Notes under the pieces: generated by a model
The model's input: only the letters and a program-made list of their open reading frames with translations
Database searches by the model: none
Told to the model about the DNA's origin: nothing
DNA from: Candidatus Omnitrophota bacterium
GTDB lineage: Bacteria; Omnitrophota; Gorgyraeia; 2-01-FULL-45-10; JBDRSA01
Direction: 5' to 3'
Assembly (NCBI GenBank): GCA_043825275.1
Contig: JBDRSA010000060.1
Coordinates: 1-21,947, forward strand
DNA length: 21,947 bases
Shown: positions 20,415-21,947 of the stretch, in pieces
Position numbering within the stretch: position 1 is the first letter of the stretch
Layout of the letters: each line of letters opens with the position of its first letter
Translations under genes and position numbers: made by a program

Positions 20415-21788
20415 ATGTGCGGAGTATTCGGGATATTCGACCATAAAGACGCGTCGTTAATGACGTACCTGGGCCTTTACGCGCTGCAGCATCGCGGCGA
20501 GGAGTCCGCGGGGGTCGTCGTTTATGACCGGAAGATCGTCAGACAGCTCAAGGGGATGGGGCTCGTAAGTGAGGCGCTGGACCAGAAGTCCGTCAAGTCG
20601 CTCCGCGGACACATCGCGGTCGGGCATACCCGGTATTCCACGACCGGATCGAGCACCGCGAAGAACATCCAACCATTTCTGGTGAACCACCGCGGGACGC
20701 ATATCGCGATCGCCCATAACGGTAATCTCGTCAATACCGCCTCGCTTCACCAAGAGCTTGAGGAAAAAGGGTCGATCTTTCAGACGTCGATGGACTCTGA
20801 GATCATCGCGCACCTTATCGTCAGGGCGAACGGCGGCGGCCAGAAAGAGGCGGTTGTCAGCGCGCTCTCCCGGCTGAAAGGCGCCTTTTCGCTCGCCCTT
20901 ATGGTCGATGACATGCTCGTCGCTGCCCGGGATTCCGGAGGTTTCAGGCCGCTCTGCCTCGGAAGGCTCGATGGGGCGTATGTTCTGGCGAGCGAAACGT
21001 GCGCGCTCGACCTTATCAACGCGAAGTACGTGCGTAATATCGAACCCGGTGAGATCGTGTTCATTACGAAAAACGGCTTAGAGAGTGTTTTTCTGCCGAA
21101 AGCGAAGCGTCACACCGCCTGCATTTTTGAATACATATACTTTGCCCGGCCCGATAGCGATATTTTTAAGCATAATGTGTATGAGTCAAGAAAGAGGCTG
21201 GGCGCGCAGCTCGCCAAAGAGTTCCCGGCCGACTGCGATCTTGTAATGCCCGTGCCCGATTCGGGGAATTACGCGGCGCTCGGCTTTGCCGAAGAATCGG
21301 GGATACCGCTTGAGCTGGGCCTGGTGCGAAACCACTATATCGGCAGGACGTTCATTCAACCGCTGCAGCACACGAGGGATTTCAGAGTACGGGTGAAATT
21401 AAACCCGGTGCGCGACCTTTTAAAAGGGAAAAGGATCGCCGTTGTAGAGGATTCGATCGTACGAGGAACAACCAGCCGGATCAGGGTCAAGACGCTCAGG
21501 GAGGCCGGCGCGAAGGAGATCCATATGCGCGTCAGTTGCCCGCCGCTTAAGCATCCGTGTTATTACGGCATCGATTTTCCGACCGAGAAAGAGCTTATCG
21601 CCTCGAAGCATACGATCGAGTGGATCCGTGACTTCATCGGCGCCGACAGCCTCAAATATCTGAGCAAAGAGGGCATGTTACGATCGATGTCGCTGCCGGC
21701 AGAAGAGTTCTGTACGGCGTGCTTTGACGGGGACTATCCGGTAACGCCGGAAAGAAGGATGTCCAAGCGCGTACTCGAGAAGAGGTAG
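20415..21788 (+). CDS. purF: Amidophosphoribosyltransferase (glutamine PRPP amidotransferase)
   Basis: 457 aa. The N-terminus MCGVFGI gives the catalytic Cys directly after Met, with no propeptide. PRTase motif VVEDSIVRGTT. Four Cys positions (ACIFEY, CPPLKHPC, CTAC) fit the [4Fe-4S]-type PurF pattern. Confidence 0.97.
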   Translation: MCGVFGIFDHKDASLMTYLGLYALQHRGEESAGVVVYDRKIVRQLKGMGLVSEALDQKSVKSLRGHIAVGHTRYSTTGSSTAKNIQPFLVNHRGTHIAIAHNGNLVNTASLHQELEEKGSIFQTSMDSEIIAHLIVRANGGGQKEAVVSALSRLKGAFSLALMVDDMLVAARDSGGFRPLCLGRLDGAYVLASETCALDLINAKYVRNIEPGEIVFITKNGLESVFLPKAKRHTACIFEYIYFARPDSDIFKHNVYESRKRLGAQLAKEFPADCDLVMPVPDSGNYAALGFAEESGIPLELGLVRNHYIGRTFIQPLQHTRDFRVRVKLNPVRDLLKGKRIAVVEDSIVRGTTSRIRVKTLREAGAKEIHMRVSCPPLKHPCYYGIDFPTEKELIASKHTIEWIRDFIGADSLKYLSKEGMLRSMSLPAEEFCTACFDGDYPVTPERRMSKRVLEKR

Positions 21789-21851
21789 TTCATGGCGGAG
21801 AAAAGAACAAAGATCGTGATGGGAAAGCTATGAAAAAAGAGAGAAGATAAT

Positions 21852-21947
21852 ATGCCGAAATATATTTTTGTTACCGGTGGGGTCATATCGAGTTTAGGGA
21901 AAGGGATAACGTCCGCTTCGGTCGGAAAACTTCTGGAGTCAAAAGGG
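21852..21947 (+). CDS. pyrG: CTP synthase, first 32 codons only (runs off window)
   Basis: Hand translation gives [32 protein letters not shown], which matches the conserved PyrG N-terminus ([16 protein letters not shown]). It is not in the ORF track because it is incomplete. Confidence 0.9.
   Translation, partial: MPKYIFVTGGVISSLGKGITSASVGKLLESKG

Noticed and set aside
21792-21851. Chain of tiny ORFs between purF and pyrG: a 13-codon MAEKRTKIVMGKL, then a 6-codon MKKERR, with ATGA overlap.
   Set aside because: They are too short, lack Shine-Dalgarno sequences, and no associated terminator or antiterminator structure is visible. The purine-rich stretch is more simply the pyrG ribosome-binding region.

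Overview
Plus-strand, tightly packed block of central nitrogen and nucleotide metabolism from a roughly 52% GC bacterium. I cannot assign a lineage; the Fe-S and flavin content suggests an anaerobe. Gene order is gltB (5'-truncated), gltD, nuoE-like, nuoF-like, NuoG-N-terminal-like Fe-S protein, amidotransferase-less glutamate-synthase FMN-domain protein, carA, a carB copy broken into two overlapping ORFs, an intact full-length carB paralog, guaA, purF, and pyrG (3'-truncated). Five glutamine amidotransferase systems therefore sit in one co-directional row. The best candidate for an undescribed system is the four-gene cluster at 5749-10502. It combines a HydBC/Bfu-type NADH-flavin module, carrying all the accessory Fe-S domains of the bifurcating type, with a GltB-like FMN subunit in place of a hydrogenase or formate dehydrogenase. 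Other notable signals: (1) the first carB copy changes frame at an A7 run, next to a (GTTGCCA)x3 heptamer repeat. (2) Two copies of a roughly 230-280 bp nested palindromic element built from heptamer arrays follow gltB and guaA. (3) Near-consensus sigma70 promoters are followed directly by intrinsic-terminator-like hairpins in front of the nuoE-like gene and carA. (4) A REP-like GTCATTGCGAG/CGAAGCAATC repeat cluster lies between carA and carB. All protein calls rest on motifs recognised by eye. No database search was possible.
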